DNA from: Gammaproteobacteria bacterium
GTDB lineage: Bacteria > Pseudomonadota > Gammaproteobacteria > Ga0077536
DNA length: 64,000 nucleotides
Assembly (NCBI GenBank): GCA_030429865.1
Contig: JAUIFX010000001.1
Location: forward strand, 2,190-66,189
Reading direction: 5' to 3'
Part shown: in pieces, positions 24,638 through 34,302 of the stretch
Position numbering within the stretch: position 1 is the stretch's first letter
Layout: the number at the start of each line of letters is the position of its first letter
Program-made: the position numbers and the translations under genes
The notes under the pieces: generated by a model
Database searches by the model: none
The model's input: the letters and a program-made list of their open reading frames with translations, nothing else
What the model was told of the DNA's origin: nothing

Positions 24638-27551
24638 CGCGCGCACGATCACCATTCCGCGCGCGGAGCTGCGCCGCCTCGGTGCGCGCAAGATCCGCAT
24701 TCTCGGACATCACCCGCTGGTCCTCGACGATCCGTCGCGCATGTGGATCATCGCCGCAGGCGAGGTTTCGGTGATGACTTCCCACGTCGATCGCGGCCTG
24801 CCGGTCGGCCTGCGCCAGCTGGTCTTCGAGGCCGGTGTCGGCACGCCGCTGTTCCCCGTCTCCGACGGACGCAGCGAGGATGCCGAACGGCTCATCGTGA
24901 CCTCCACTGCCGAGGTCACCTTCTACGAAGCGCCGCTGCGCGCGGCGCGCGAGCTGCTCGCACTGATCGGGCTGTCGCTGCGCGAGGCGATCGACGACTG
25001 GACCAACAAGTTGTCGCGTTTCGCCGCCCGCGAGGAAGTGTTTGCCGGCGCCGACCGCTTTCCGCACGAGGGCAAGTTCGGACTCGCTGACGGCATGCTG
25101 GTCTCGGTCAGCCCGAACCAGGTCGCCTGGCTGCAGATCGAGAGCGGCGACCTGAACGCGTTCGGCGATCCGGAACTCGCCGTCGGCACGCTGCCGTTCT
25201 ACATGCCGGTGGGCGGCGAGATCTGGTTCCAGGCCGCCGACGAAACGCGCGTGCGCGTCAGCGACGAACTCGCGAATGCCTCCGACCTCGACCTCGTGCG
25301 TGGCCTGGCGCTGTTCAATTCGCTCCTGCAACGCCGCCTGCGCCAGTTCGAGCGCGCCGCCCAGGAAGCCGAGCGCGAACGGCTCGAACGCTCGGCACAA
25401 GTCGAATCACGCATCTTCGACGGCACGCTCGAGAAACTCGCCGGCGTGCTCAACCGGCGCGAAACCGTGCCGCAGCGCGAAAGCCTGCTCCTGACCGCCG
25501 CGACCATCGTCGGCAACGACCTTGGTGTTGCGATCGCGCCGCCCGCGCGCTCGGAGGATCCGCGGCGCATGAAGGATCCCGTCGAAGCCATCGCCCGCGC
25601 TTCGCGCCTGCGCCACCGTACCGTGATCCTGGCCGGCCGCTGGTGGGAGAACGACAACGGGCCGCTGCTCGCCTACCTCGAGGACGACGACATCCCGGTC
25701 GCGCTGGTGCGCGACCAGTGGCACGGCTACCAGATGACCGATCCGCGACACGGCGTGGCCGTGCCGGTGACACCCGACATCGCCCTCTCCCTCAAGCCCA
25801 AGGCGGTCATGTTCTACCCGCGCCTGCCCGAGAGCGTGCGTACCGCCTGGGCCGTGCCGCGCTTCGCCATGCGCGGCCGCATGTGGGACATGATCTTCGT
25901 CGCCCTGCTGTCGCTGACCATCACCGGCATCGGCATGCTGGTGCCGCAGGCGACCGCGCTGATCATGGACAACGCGATCCCCGATGCCAATCGCCGCCTG
26001 CTCGCCGAGCTCGGCGCCGGACTGGCCATGGCGGCCTTCGGCGCCGCCCTGTTCGGCATCGCCCAGGGGATCCTCAGTATCCGGCTCGGCATCCTCTCCG
26101 ACAGCGTCAGCCAGTCGGCCGTGTGGGATCGCCTGCTCAGCCTGCGCCTGCCGGTGTTCCGGCGCTTCTCCAGCGGCGACCTGCTCGACCGCGCGATGTC
26201 GGTCAGCGCGGTCAACCAGGAGATCAACGGCCAGGCGATGCGCACCATCCTGACCAGCGGTACCGCCCTGCTCAACCTCGGCCTGCTCTACTACTACAGC
26301 AGCAAGCTCGCCTGGATGGTCGCCGGCATCGGCATCACGATAGTCATCTTCACGCTCGCGGCCGGCTATCTGGCGCGACGCCACTACCGCCGCCTGATGG
26401 AACTGCAGGGGCCGTTCTTCGGTTTCGTCGTCGAGCTCGTCAACGCGGTCAGCAAGATCCGCATCGCCGGCGCGCAGCGGCGCGCTTTCGCGCGCTGGGC
26501 CGATCGCTACGTCGAGCAGCTGCACCTGATTCTCAAGGCGCAGAGCATCGAGGACTACGTGTCGGTGTTCAACCTGCTGATCCCCCTGGTCAGCGCCATG
26601 TTCCTGTTCTGGATGGGCGTGGAGATGCTCAACGCCGAGGGCGAGCAGCGCCTCAGCGTGGGCGTCTTCCTCGCCTTCAACACGGCCATGGGCACGTTCC
26701 TCGGCGGCGCCACGACGCTGTCCATCATGGGACTCGAATTCCTCGACACCATGGCCAAGGCGGCGCGCGTCAAACCGCTGCTGGTGGCACAGAGCGAGAT
26801 CTCCGACGATCTCCGCGACCCCGGCCGCCTGAGCGGTCAGATCGAGTTCAAGGACGTCCATTTCCGCTACGGCGAGGACGGCCCGCCGGTGCTCCGGGGC
26901 GTCAGCTTCCGCGTCATGCCCGAACAGTTCGTCGCCTTCGTCGGCCCCTCGGGCAGCGGCAAGTCGACGATCATCCGGCTCCTGCTCGGCTTCGAGGAGG
27001 CCGAGGCCGGGGTCGTCGCCTACGACGACCAGGACCTGACCGGGCTCGACATCACCGCCGTCCGGCGCCAGCTCGGCGTCGTGCTGCAGACCGCGCGTAT
27101 CAACTCGGCCTCGATCTTCGACAACATCGGCGGCGGCGCCGAGATCACGCTAGACGAAGCCTGGGAGGCGGCCGAGGACGCGGGCTTTGCCGACGATGTG
27201 CGCGAGATGCCGATGGAAATGCACACCGTGATCAGCGAGGGCGGCACCAACCTCTCCGGCGGCCAGCGTCAGCGCCTGCTGATCGCCCGCGCGCTGGTGC
27301 GCAACCCACGCATCCTCGTTTTCGACGAGGCCACCAGCGCGCTCGACAACAAGACCCAGGCGACCGTCACCGAAGCGCTCGACCGACGCAAGGTCACGCG
27401 CCTGGTCATCGCCCACCGCCTGAGCACGATCCGCAACGCCGACCGCATCTTCGTGCTGGCCCAGGGACGCATCGCCGAATCCGGCACCTTCGACGAACTC
27501 GTCGCCAACGGCGGCATCTTCGCCTCCATGATGGCGCGCCAGATCGTGTAA
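24630..27551 (+). CDS. Second ABC transporter (permease plus ATPase) with N-terminal cNMP-binding-like regulatory domain (NHPM-type)
   Basis: 973 aa; Walker A GPSGSGKST, LSGGQRQR, ILVFDEATSALD; ~350-aa N-terminal non-transporter domain. ATGA-type overlap with the upstream ABC gene. Confidence 0.85.
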   Translation: MTDARTITIPRAELRRLGARKIRILGHHPLVLDDPSRMWIIAAGEVSVMTSHVDRGLPVGLRQLVFEAGVGTPLFPVSDGRSEDAERLIVTSTAEVTFYEAPLRAARELLALIGLSLREAIDDWTNKLSRFAAREEVFAGADRFPHEGKFGLADGMLVSVSPNQVAWLQIESGDLNAFGDPELAVGTLPFYMPVGGEIWFQAADETRVRVSDELANASDLDLVRGLALFNSLLQRRLRQFERAAQEAERERLERSAQVESRIFDGTLEKLAGVLNRRETVPQRESLLLTAATIVGNDLGVAIAPPARSEDPRRMKDPVEAIARASRLRHRTVILAGRWWENDNGPLLAYLEDDDIPVALVRDQWHGYQMTDPRHGVAVPVTPDIALSLKPKAVMFYPRLPESVRTAWAVPRFAMRGRMWDMIFVALLSLTITGIGMLVPQATALIMDNAIPDANRRLLAELGAGLAMAAFGAALFGIAQGILSIRLGILSDSVSQSAVWDRLLSLRLPVFRRFSSGDLLDRAMSVSAVNQEINGQAMRTILTSGTALLNLGLLYYYSSKLAWMVAGIGITIVIFTLAAGYLARRHYRRLMELQGPFFGFVVELVNAVSKIRIAGAQRRAFARWADRYVEQLHLILKAQSIEDYVSVFNLLIPLVSAMFLFWMGVEMLNAEGEQRLSVGVFLAFNTAMGTFLGGATTLSIMGLEFLDTMAKAARVKPLLVAQSEISDDLRDPGRLSGQIEFKDVHFRYGEDGPPVLRGVSFRVMPEQFVAFVGPSGSGKSTIIRLLLGFEEAEAGVVAYDDQDLTGLDITAVRRQLGVVLQTARINSASIFDNIGGGAEITLDEAWEAAEDAGFADDVREMPMEMHTVISEGGTNLSGGQRQRLLIARALVRNPRILVFDEATSALDNKTQATVTEALDRRKVTRLVIAHRLSTIRNADRIFVLAQGRIAESGTFDELVANGGIFASMMARQIV

Positions 27552-27716
27552 GTGATGACGTCGCCGGCCGGCCCCACCGGCCGCGCATTGCACCACGGGC
27601 TGCCGCCCACCGCCTGTCCCCGGATCCTCGATAATCAGTATCGATATACTAAAATTAGATAGTTATATCGCTTTTCTCGTGTAAACTCTTACCTGATTCA
27701 GGCACGACGACATCCC

Positions 27717-30053
27717 ATGCAGCAGCCGCGGCCATTCCGTCCCCGAGCCCCGCGCCACGCCGCCGGCGCGCGCCTGCTGGCGCTCGCCGGCAGCACCCTG
27801 CTGCTCGCCGCCTGCAGCACCCGCGTGCCGCACCCGCTGCTCGACGAGGCGACCGAACGGCAGGCGACGACCATCGAGCTGTCACAGCCGCCGGCCGTCG
27901 ACGGCGCACGGGGCACGCGCGCGTCGGCCGTGACGCCGGCCGCGGACGACCCGGTCGCGGCCCCCAACGGGAGCTCGGCGAACCAGCAGCCCGCGGACAC
28001 ACCGGCCGGCACCGACACGGTTGCCGAAAGCCCCCGTCCTGCGCCGGCCGGCGCAGCGCAATCCGCCGTGGACGCACCGGTGCCGGAAGCCGCCGCCGGC
28101 GCCGCGAGCCCGCCGCCGCAGCTGCCCATCGGCATTGCCGACGTGCGCAGCCAGGCCATCGGCAACAATCTCGAGATCAAGACCGAGCTCGTCCGCCCCG
28201 CACTGCTGCGCGAGGATCGCCGCGAGGCCGAGGCACGCTTTCTGCCGACCGCGTTCGCCCGCTACACCTATTCCGCGTTCGACGAGCCGGGCGTCGCACC
28301 GACGCGTAATCCCAACGGGTCGACCACCGACGACGCCGAGCTCGGCATCGTCGTGCCGCTGCAGACCGGCGGCAGCGCGCGCGTCAGCGTACCGATCACA
28401 CGCACCGACTTCGGCGTCCCCGGCATCGAGAACGTGCACGACGCGGCGACCACTTTCTCGCTCAGCCAGCCGCTGCTGCGCGATGCCGGCCGTCACGTGA
28501 ATATCGCACCGATCACCGTCGCGCGGCTGCGCGAGCGCCAGCAGGACGCACAAACCAAGCTCGCCATTCTCAACGTCCTGGCGGGGGCGGATCGCTTCTA
28601 CTGGAATCTCTATGCCGCCTCGCGTGCGGTCGAGGTCCGCCTGCAGCAGTACGAACGCGCCAAGGAACAGGAGCGCCAGGCCGTGCGCCTCGCCGAGGAA
28701 GGCGTGGTGCCGGCGATCGAAGTGGTCCGCGCGCGCTCGGGCGTCGCGCGGCGCGTCGAAGACATCATCCGCGCCGAGAACACCCGCCGCCAGGTCGAGC
28801 GCGAGATCAAGCGCGCCATGAACCGGCCCGACCTGCCGGTCACCGGTGCCACCGCGCTACTCGTGACCACGCCTCCCGACCCGGTCGAGATCGTGATCGA
28901 CCGGCCCGCGGCGCTGGCCAGCGCGCTGGACAACCGCATGGAGCTGCTCAACCTCGAACTGCAGCTCGCCGTCGATGCGCTCTCGGTCGACGTGGCGCGC
29001 AACCAGAAGCTGCCCAGCCTCGCGCTCGACTACAGCTTCCGCTACCTCGGTGCGAGCAACGAGCTGGCCGAGGCCTTCGAGCAGATCGGCCGCACCGATT
29101 TCGCCAACCAGAGCATCGGGCTGACGCTGGAAGTGCCGCTCGGCAACCAGGCGCGCGTGGCGCGCTACAACCGCGCCGTACTGCAGCGAGCGCTGACCGC
29201 CGCGAACCGTGCCCAGCAGGCCCAGATCATCGAGCGCCAGGTGCTCGATACGGTCGACCAGCTCGACGAGGCGTGGCAACGCATCCTCGCAGCACGCGAG
29301 GAGACGCTGCTGGCCGCGCGCAACTTCCAGGCCGAACAGCGCCAGTTCCGCGCCGGCGTGCGCACCAGCACCGACGTCCTCATCGCCGCCGACTTTCTCG
29401 CCGATGCCCAGATCAAGGAACTCAATGCGCTCGCCGCCTACGAGATTGCCAAGATCGACCTCGCCTTCGTTACCGGCACCCTGCTCGGCAGCGGCAACGT
29501 CCAGCTTGCCTCGTTCGACGAAACCCACGACATCGACGAAGTCTCCGCCGCCGACATCGACAGCCTCGCCCCGATGCCGCCGAGTCCGCCGGTGTCGACC
29601 CAGGAGTCGATTGCACGCAAGCTCGAACGCCTCGACGTCAAGGCGCCTTCGGCGGCGTCGGTGCCGGGGATGCCCGACCTGCCGGCGCGTCCCGACGCGA
29701 TCCGGCCCGGTCTCAACCCGTCGGCCGTGCTGCCGGCGCGGCCCGCGCCATTGGCACCCGGCACCAGCAGCGACGCGGCCGGCGGCAATGTCGCGAGCGC
29801 CGGCGGCGACGCAGCCGGCGCCGTGGGGACAGCAGGCACCCCGGCCACCATCACCGTCGCCGCCGACGACACGCTGTGGTCACTCGCGCGCCGCTACCGC
29901 CCCGACGACAGCGTCAGCGTGCCGCACATGCTTGCCGCCATCATCGCGGCGAATCCGCGACAGTTCGGCGATGCCAACCCCGACCGGCTGGTGACCGGAA
30001 CCGTCCTGCGCGTCCCCGGCGAGGCGGACCTCGCGGCGACGGCACGCCCCTGA
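27717..30053 (+). CDS. TolC-like outer-membrane efflux lipoprotein with Pro-rich linker and C-terminal LysM-like domain
   Basis: Lipobox LLAAC-S; two outer-membrane-efflux-protein repeats; Pro/Ala-rich linker; C-terminal TITVAADDTLWSLARRYRPDD...LVTGTVLRVP resembling a LysM peptidoglycan-binding motif. Confidence 0.7.
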   Translation: MQQPRPFRPRAPRHAAGARLLALAGSTLLLAACSTRVPHPLLDEATERQATTIELSQPPAVDGARGTRASAVTPAADDPVAAPNGSSANQQPADTPAGTDTVAESPRPAPAGAAQSAVDAPVPEAAAGAASPPPQLPIGIADVRSQAIGNNLEIKTELVRPALLREDRREAEARFLPTAFARYTYSAFDEPGVAPTRNPNGSTTDDAELGIVVPLQTGGSARVSVPITRTDFGVPGIENVHDAATTFSLSQPLLRDAGRHVNIAPITVARLRERQQDAQTKLAILNVLAGADRFYWNLYAASRAVEVRLQQYERAKEQERQAVRLAEEGVVPAIEVVRARSGVARRVEDIIRAENTRRQVEREIKRAMNRPDLPVTGATALLVTTPPDPVEIVIDRPAALASALDNRMELLNLELQLAVDALSVDVARNQKLPSLALDYSFRYLGASNELAEAFEQIGRTDFANQSIGLTLEVPLGNQARVARYNRAVLQRALTAANRAQQAQIIERQVLDTVDQLDEAWQRILAAREETLLAARNFQAEQRQFRAGVRTSTDVLIAADFLADAQIKELNALAAYEIAKIDLAFVTGTLLGSGNVQLASFDETHDIDEVSAADIDSLAPMPPSPPVSTQESIARKLERLDVKAPSAASVPGMPDLPARPDAIRPGLNPSAVLPARPAPLAPGTSSDAAGGNVASAGGDAAGAVGTAGTPATITVAADDTLWSLARRYRPDDSVSVPHMLAAIIAANPRQFGDANPDRLVTGTVLRVPGEADLAATARP

Positions 30054-30269
30054 GGCCGGCGTGCCCCGACCCGGCGCGCTCCGGGGTCGTTGCAGGGCCG
30101 GCGCGCGGCCAGGTCGCCGCCCGGCGACCAGCGTCACCTCGGCAAGGAAACCCCCGTATACTCGCCAGCGTTCCCGTTGCCGCCCGCGGGGAAACGACAC
30201 CCGGCGTGGCGACCTGCGGCACGGCGCGGCGCGGCTGCGTGCGCCGTGCACCCGGGCGTTGACCTCGTC

Positions 30270-31610
30270 ATGAAAACCACCCACGCCTCGTCACGATCGA
30301 ACGGCGCCGCCTGGCTGCGCCCTTTCCGCAATGCCGGCATCCTGGCGCTGGGACGCGGCATGCAGGGCGTGCTGTCCCTAGCCTACGTCGCACTCGCTTC
30401 GCGCGCGCTGGGACCGGGTGCCTTCGGTGTCCTCGTGCTGGTGCACAGTACGGTGCTGGTGGCGGCGCAACTGGTGCGCTTCCAGTCCTGGCAGGCCGTG
30501 CTCAAGTACGGCGCCCCCGCGCTGCTGGCCGCCGATCACGCGGCACTGCATCGCGTTCTGCTCTTCGCGCTCGGGCTCGACGTCGTCAGCGGCGCCCTGG
30601 CCGGCGTGGTGCTGGTCCACGCCATGCCCACCCTCGCCGCCTTCGTCGGGATCCCGGATGCGGTCGTGCCGCTGGCGACGCTCTACGCGATGAGCGTCGC
30701 GTTCGTCATTCTCGGTGCCGCGCCGCTGGGCGTGCTGCGGCTGCTCGACCGCCACGATCTCATTTCCTGGCAAACCATCGTCGAGCCCGTCGTGCGCTGT
30801 GCGGGCGCGCTGTTCCTGTTCGCCAGCGATGGCCTGCTGGCCGGGTTCCTGATGGTGTGGTTCGTGGCAACGGCACTTGGCAAGGGCGCGCTGTTCGTCG
30901 CCGCTTCGAAGGCGCTCGCGGCGCGCGGACTCAGCCTGCGCCACGCCGCGCTCGACCGCCGCTGTCTCGCGCCGGCACCCGGCATCTGGCGATTCAGCGC
31001 AGGCACCAACCTGAGTTCGATGCTCAACCTCAACGACACGCAGATCGGGCCGCTGCTCGCCGGCAACCTGCTCGGCGCCGCGGACGCCGGCCTCTACCGC
31101 ATCGCGCAGCAGGTCGCCAACGTGGTTTCGAAGCCGGTGCACAAACTGCTGGTGCCGGCAATCTATACCGACATGTCACAGCTCACCGCCGCCGGCGACC
31201 GCCGTACACGCCGCGAGGTCGTCGCCCGCTCCGGGCTGGTGGCAGGGCTCGCCGGCATCGCCATTTTCGCCCTGCTGGCCGCGTTCGGCGCCGATCTGCT
31301 GACCCTGGTCTTCGGCGAGGCCTACCGCGCAGCAACCGGACCGATGCTGTGGCTGTCGTTCGCGGGCGTCCTCGCCACGTTCGCTTTCCCCCTCGCGCCC
31401 CTGCTGATGTCAGGCGGCAAGGTCCGCCACGTCGTGATCATCCGCCTCGCCGCGCTGGTCGCGTACCTCATCGCGTTCTACCTGCTGGTTCCGGTCCACG
31501 CGCTGCTCGGCGCAGGCCTCGCGGTCAACCTGCATGCCCTGTTGACGGTTGCGGGCATGGCCTGGTGCGCGCGCGAGTTGCTGGGTCGCGATGACGTGCA
31601 GCAGCGGTGA
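30270..31610 (+). CDS. Polysaccharide biosynthesis protein / Wzx-MurJ-like flippase (MOP superfamily)
   Basis: ~447 aa polytopic membrane protein with typical flippase topology. Internal ATG chosen because the upstream part of the track ORF is R-rich. Confidence 0.6.
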   Translation: MKTTHASSRSNGAAWLRPFRNAGILALGRGMQGVLSLAYVALASRALGPGAFGVLVLVHSTVLVAAQLVRFQSWQAVLKYGAPALLAADHAALHRVLLFALGLDVVSGALAGVVLVHAMPTLAAFVGIPDAVVPLATLYAMSVAFVILGAAPLGVLRLLDRHDLISWQTIVEPVVRCAGALFLFASDGLLAGFLMVWFVATALGKGALFVAASKALAARGLSLRHAALDRRCLAPAPGIWRFSAGTNLSSMLNLNDTQIGPLLAGNLLGAADAGLYRIAQQVANVVSKPVHKLLVPAIYTDMSQLTAAGDRRTRREVVARSGLVAGLAGIAIFALLAAFGADLLTLVFGEAYRAATGPMLWLSFAGVLATFAFPLAPLLMSGGKVRHVVIIRLAALVAYLIAFYLLVPVHALLGAGLAVNLHALLTVAGMAWCARELLGRDDVQQR

Positions 31611-31613
31611 TGC

Positions 31614-31637
31614 CCGTGGACACCGCTTGGTCCACGG
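31614..31637 (+). terminator. Perfect 8-bp inverted repeat hairpin immediately after the flippase stop
   Basis: ccgtggac-accgcttg-gtccacgg, 4 nt after TGA (31608-10). No U-tract, so could equally be a protein-binding palindrome. Confidence 0.3.
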
Positions 31638-31769
31638 CACTACACTCGATGCCCGGTAAGGAACCAGTCTGCCCCGTTCGCGGTCAGAGGGGCTTTCGGC
31701 AGCCGGACGCCGCGCGGGACGACCGTCCCACGTATCCCCGCCGGCCAGGTGCGCGGGCAATCATGTGAC

Positions 31770-34286
31770 ATGAAACGATTTTTCTCGCATCGCCGCCGCC
31801 GCGCCGGCAGCGGCACGTCCGAAGACGATCCACGCCGGTTCCTCGATACCATCGTATTCCCGCCCACCCCCGGGGCGGCCCCATCGCCGCTGCCGCCGGT
31901 CCGGATTTTTCTCGGCACGGAAGCCGCGCACTACCGGGCCGAACGCGTGTTCCTGTGGTCGATCCTCGAACATCGCAACCCCGCACGGCGTTACGAAATC
32001 ATCCTGATGAAGGATCTGCCCGGTTTCGACCGCACGGCCTGGACGACCGGTTTCAGCAACTACCGCTTCGCCATCCCCTACCTCGCGGGCGGCGCGGGCC
32101 GCGCGATCTACAACGACGTCGACCAGATCTATCTCGCCGATCCCGGCGTGCTGTTCGACCACGACCTCGGCGACCACGGCTTTCTCGCCCTGTCGGGCGA
32201 GGACACCTCGGTGATGCTCATCGATTGCGCGCGCATGGACGACGCATGGCCGCTCGCGCGTGCGCGCAGCGCGCCGAAGCGGGAACTGCTGGCCCACGCC
32301 GCCGCCCTTCGCGGCGACTTGCCGGCCGAGTGGAACGCTCGCGACGAGGAGTTCCGCGCGGGAAACAGCAAGCTGCTGCATTTCACGGCGCTGCACCTGC
32401 AACCCTGGACCCCGGAGCCCGATCGCTTCGCCTACCGTGCGCATCCGCACGGCGAACGCTGGTACGCGCTCGAGCGGGCCGCGGACGCGGCGGGCTTCAC
32501 GGTATTCGACCGCGCGCACCCGAGCCGGCGTTACCGCGAGCTGATCGCGTGCTGCAGCGATCTCCACGCCCATGGCAGCGGCACGCCCGGGCAGAGCGCC
32601 GGGCAGACGTTCCCCGGACAGGTCCTCCCACGCCATGTCGGCAGCGTCGCCCGCCTGGTCGAAGCAGCCAATGCGCGGACCGTCCTCGACTACGGCGCCG
32701 GCAAGGCCGGCGCCTACCAGTCACTGCCCGGAGAGCCGCCGGAATCGCCGGTCAAGGCCATGCCGGCATGGGGCGCGGACCTGCGCGTGACCGTCTACGA
32801 CCCGGCCTATCCGCCTTACAGTGAGCTGCCCGAGGGCCGCTTCGACGGCGTCATCTGTACCGACGTCCTCGAGCACATCGCCGAGGAAGACATCCCGTGG
32901 ATCCTGCAGGAACTGTTCTCCCATGCCACGGCGTTCGTCTATGCCTCGGTCGCCTGCTACCCGGCGAAGAAGGTCCTGCCCAACGGCGAGAATGCGCACG
33001 TCTGCCAGAAGCCGCCGGCCTGGTGGGATGCGCAGTTCCGTGCCGCCGCGCGCGCACACCCGCACGTGCATTGGGAACTGTCGATCCGCAAGAAGAACTG
33101 GCGCGGCAAGAAAGTCCGGCTGAGCCGCGTCGGCGGTCACTGGCTGGACCGCCCGCGCGTCTGGGTGCTCGGCGATGACAAGCCCGGGAATACCAACCAG
33201 GCCATCGCCCTCGCCGCGGCGCTGGGCTATGACTACGACCTGCGCGTGCTCGAGTACGGTCCGCTCGCGCACCTGCACAATCGCCTGCTCGGGGCGAGCC
33301 TGGCGGGCCTGACGCAGCGCTGCGCGGCGAGCCTCGCACCGCCGTGGCCGGAACTCGTCGTCGCTTGCGGCCGCCGCACCGCGCCCGTGGCACGCTGGAT
33401 TGCGAAGCGCTCCCGCGGCGCTACCCGCGTGGTCCAACTCGGCCGCAAGGGCGGTGACACGGCACGTCCGTTCGATGTCGTCGTGACACCGGCCCACTGC
33501 CACCTTGCCGGCGACCCTCGACGCATCGAGACCCTGTTGCCGCTGACGCCGCTGGCCATTGCCAAGGGCGCCACCACGCCTGCAGGGGGCGCGAGCCCCC
33601 GCACCGTGGTGCTGCTCGGCGGCGCCACCCGCCGCTACCGTTTCGACGCCGATGTGATCGACGACCTGGCACGCCGACTACGCGCCGATCATGCCGCACA
33701 CGGCGGCGAGCTGTGGGTCCTGACCAGTGCGCGGACCGGCGCCAAGGCGCTCGCGCAACTCTCCGCCGCACTCGATGACGACACCCGCATCTTCGACCCG
33801 GATACGCTCGGCAGCCGCTACTGGGAGACCCTCGTCGCGGCTGACCGCATCATCGTCAGCGGCGAGAGCGAGTCCTTGCTCGCCGATGCGGTCGCGACGG
33901 GACACCCGGTGTTCATCCACGCACTGCCGCCGCGACCCCAGTCCTTGCTGCTGCGGGCCGGTGCGCAGCTCGACCGCTGGGCGCGCCGGCGCCCGACCAA
34001 CCGGCGCGCCACCACGCGCCCGCAGCGCGGGCTCGAATATCTCTGCGCACGGCTGATCGAAACGGGCCTGGCACGGCCGCCGCGCAACCTCGAAGAGTTG
34101 CACCAGGCCTTGTACGCGCGCGGCGTCGCACAACCGTTCGGCGCCGCGCCGACGCCCCTGGACGCAGCCCATCCGCTGCGGTTCAGCGCGACAGAGGAAA
34201 CAATAGAAGTCGCCCGGCGTGTGCGCGAGGCGCTCGGCTTCGGCGTCTGGACCTCGCCCGCGGAGCCGCCCGGTCAGGACGTCTGA
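31770..34286 (+). CDS. Three-domain fusion: GT8-like glycosyltransferase (DxD) plus class I SAM-dependent methyltransferase plus ELM1/DUF1022-like C-terminal domain
   Basis: N-terminal IYNDVDQIYLADP (GT8 DxD). Middle VLDYGAGKAG...FDGVICTDVLEHI (SAM methyltransferase motifs I and post-I). C-terminal VWVLGDDKPGNTNQAIALAAALGY resembling the ELM1 family. Single 838-aa ORF. Confidence 0.55.
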   Translation: MKRFFSHRRRRAGSGTSEDDPRRFLDTIVFPPTPGAAPSPLPPVRIFLGTEAAHYRAERVFLWSILEHRNPARRYEIILMKDLPGFDRTAWTTGFSNYRFAIPYLAGGAGRAIYNDVDQIYLADPGVLFDHDLGDHGFLALSGEDTSVMLIDCARMDDAWPLARARSAPKRELLAHAAALRGDLPAEWNARDEEFRAGNSKLLHFTALHLQPWTPEPDRFAYRAHPHGERWYALERAADAAGFTVFDRAHPSRRYRELIACCSDLHAHGSGTPGQSAGQTFPGQVLPRHVGSVARLVEAANARTVLDYGAGKAGAYQSLPGEPPESPVKAMPAWGADLRVTVYDPAYPPYSELPEGRFDGVICTDVLEHIAEEDIPWILQELFSHATAFVYASVACYPAKKVLPNGENAHVCQKPPAWWDAQFRAAARAHPHVHWELSIRKKNWRGKKVRLSRVGGHWLDRPRVWVLGDDKPGNTNQAIALAAALGYDYDLRVLEYGPLAHLHNRLLGASLAGLTQRCAASLAPPWPELVVACGRRTAPVARWIAKRSRGATRVVQLGRKGGDTARPFDVVVTPAHCHLAGDPRRIETLLPLTPLAIAKGATTPAGGASPRTVVLLGGATRRYRFDADVIDDLARRLRADHAAHGGELWVLTSARTGAKALAQLSAALDDDTRIFDPDTLGSRYWETLVAADRIIVSGESESLLADAVATGHPVFIHALPPRPQSLLLRAGAQLDRWARRRPTNRRATTRPQRGLEYLCARLIETGLARPPRNLEELHQALYARGVAQPFGAAPTPLDAAHPLRFSATEETIEVARRVREALGFGVWTSPAEPPGQDV

Positions 34287-34302
34287 GGCCCGTTCCAGGT
34301 TC

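Noticed and set aside
25407-26861. 484-aa minus-strand ORF inside the second ABC transporter gene
   Set aside because: Antisense to a gene with Walker A/B and ABC signature motifs.
30061-30090. Imperfect GC hairpin after the TolC-like gene (cccgacccgg...ccggggtcg)
   Set aside because: Imperfect stem, no U-tract; not convincing as a terminator.
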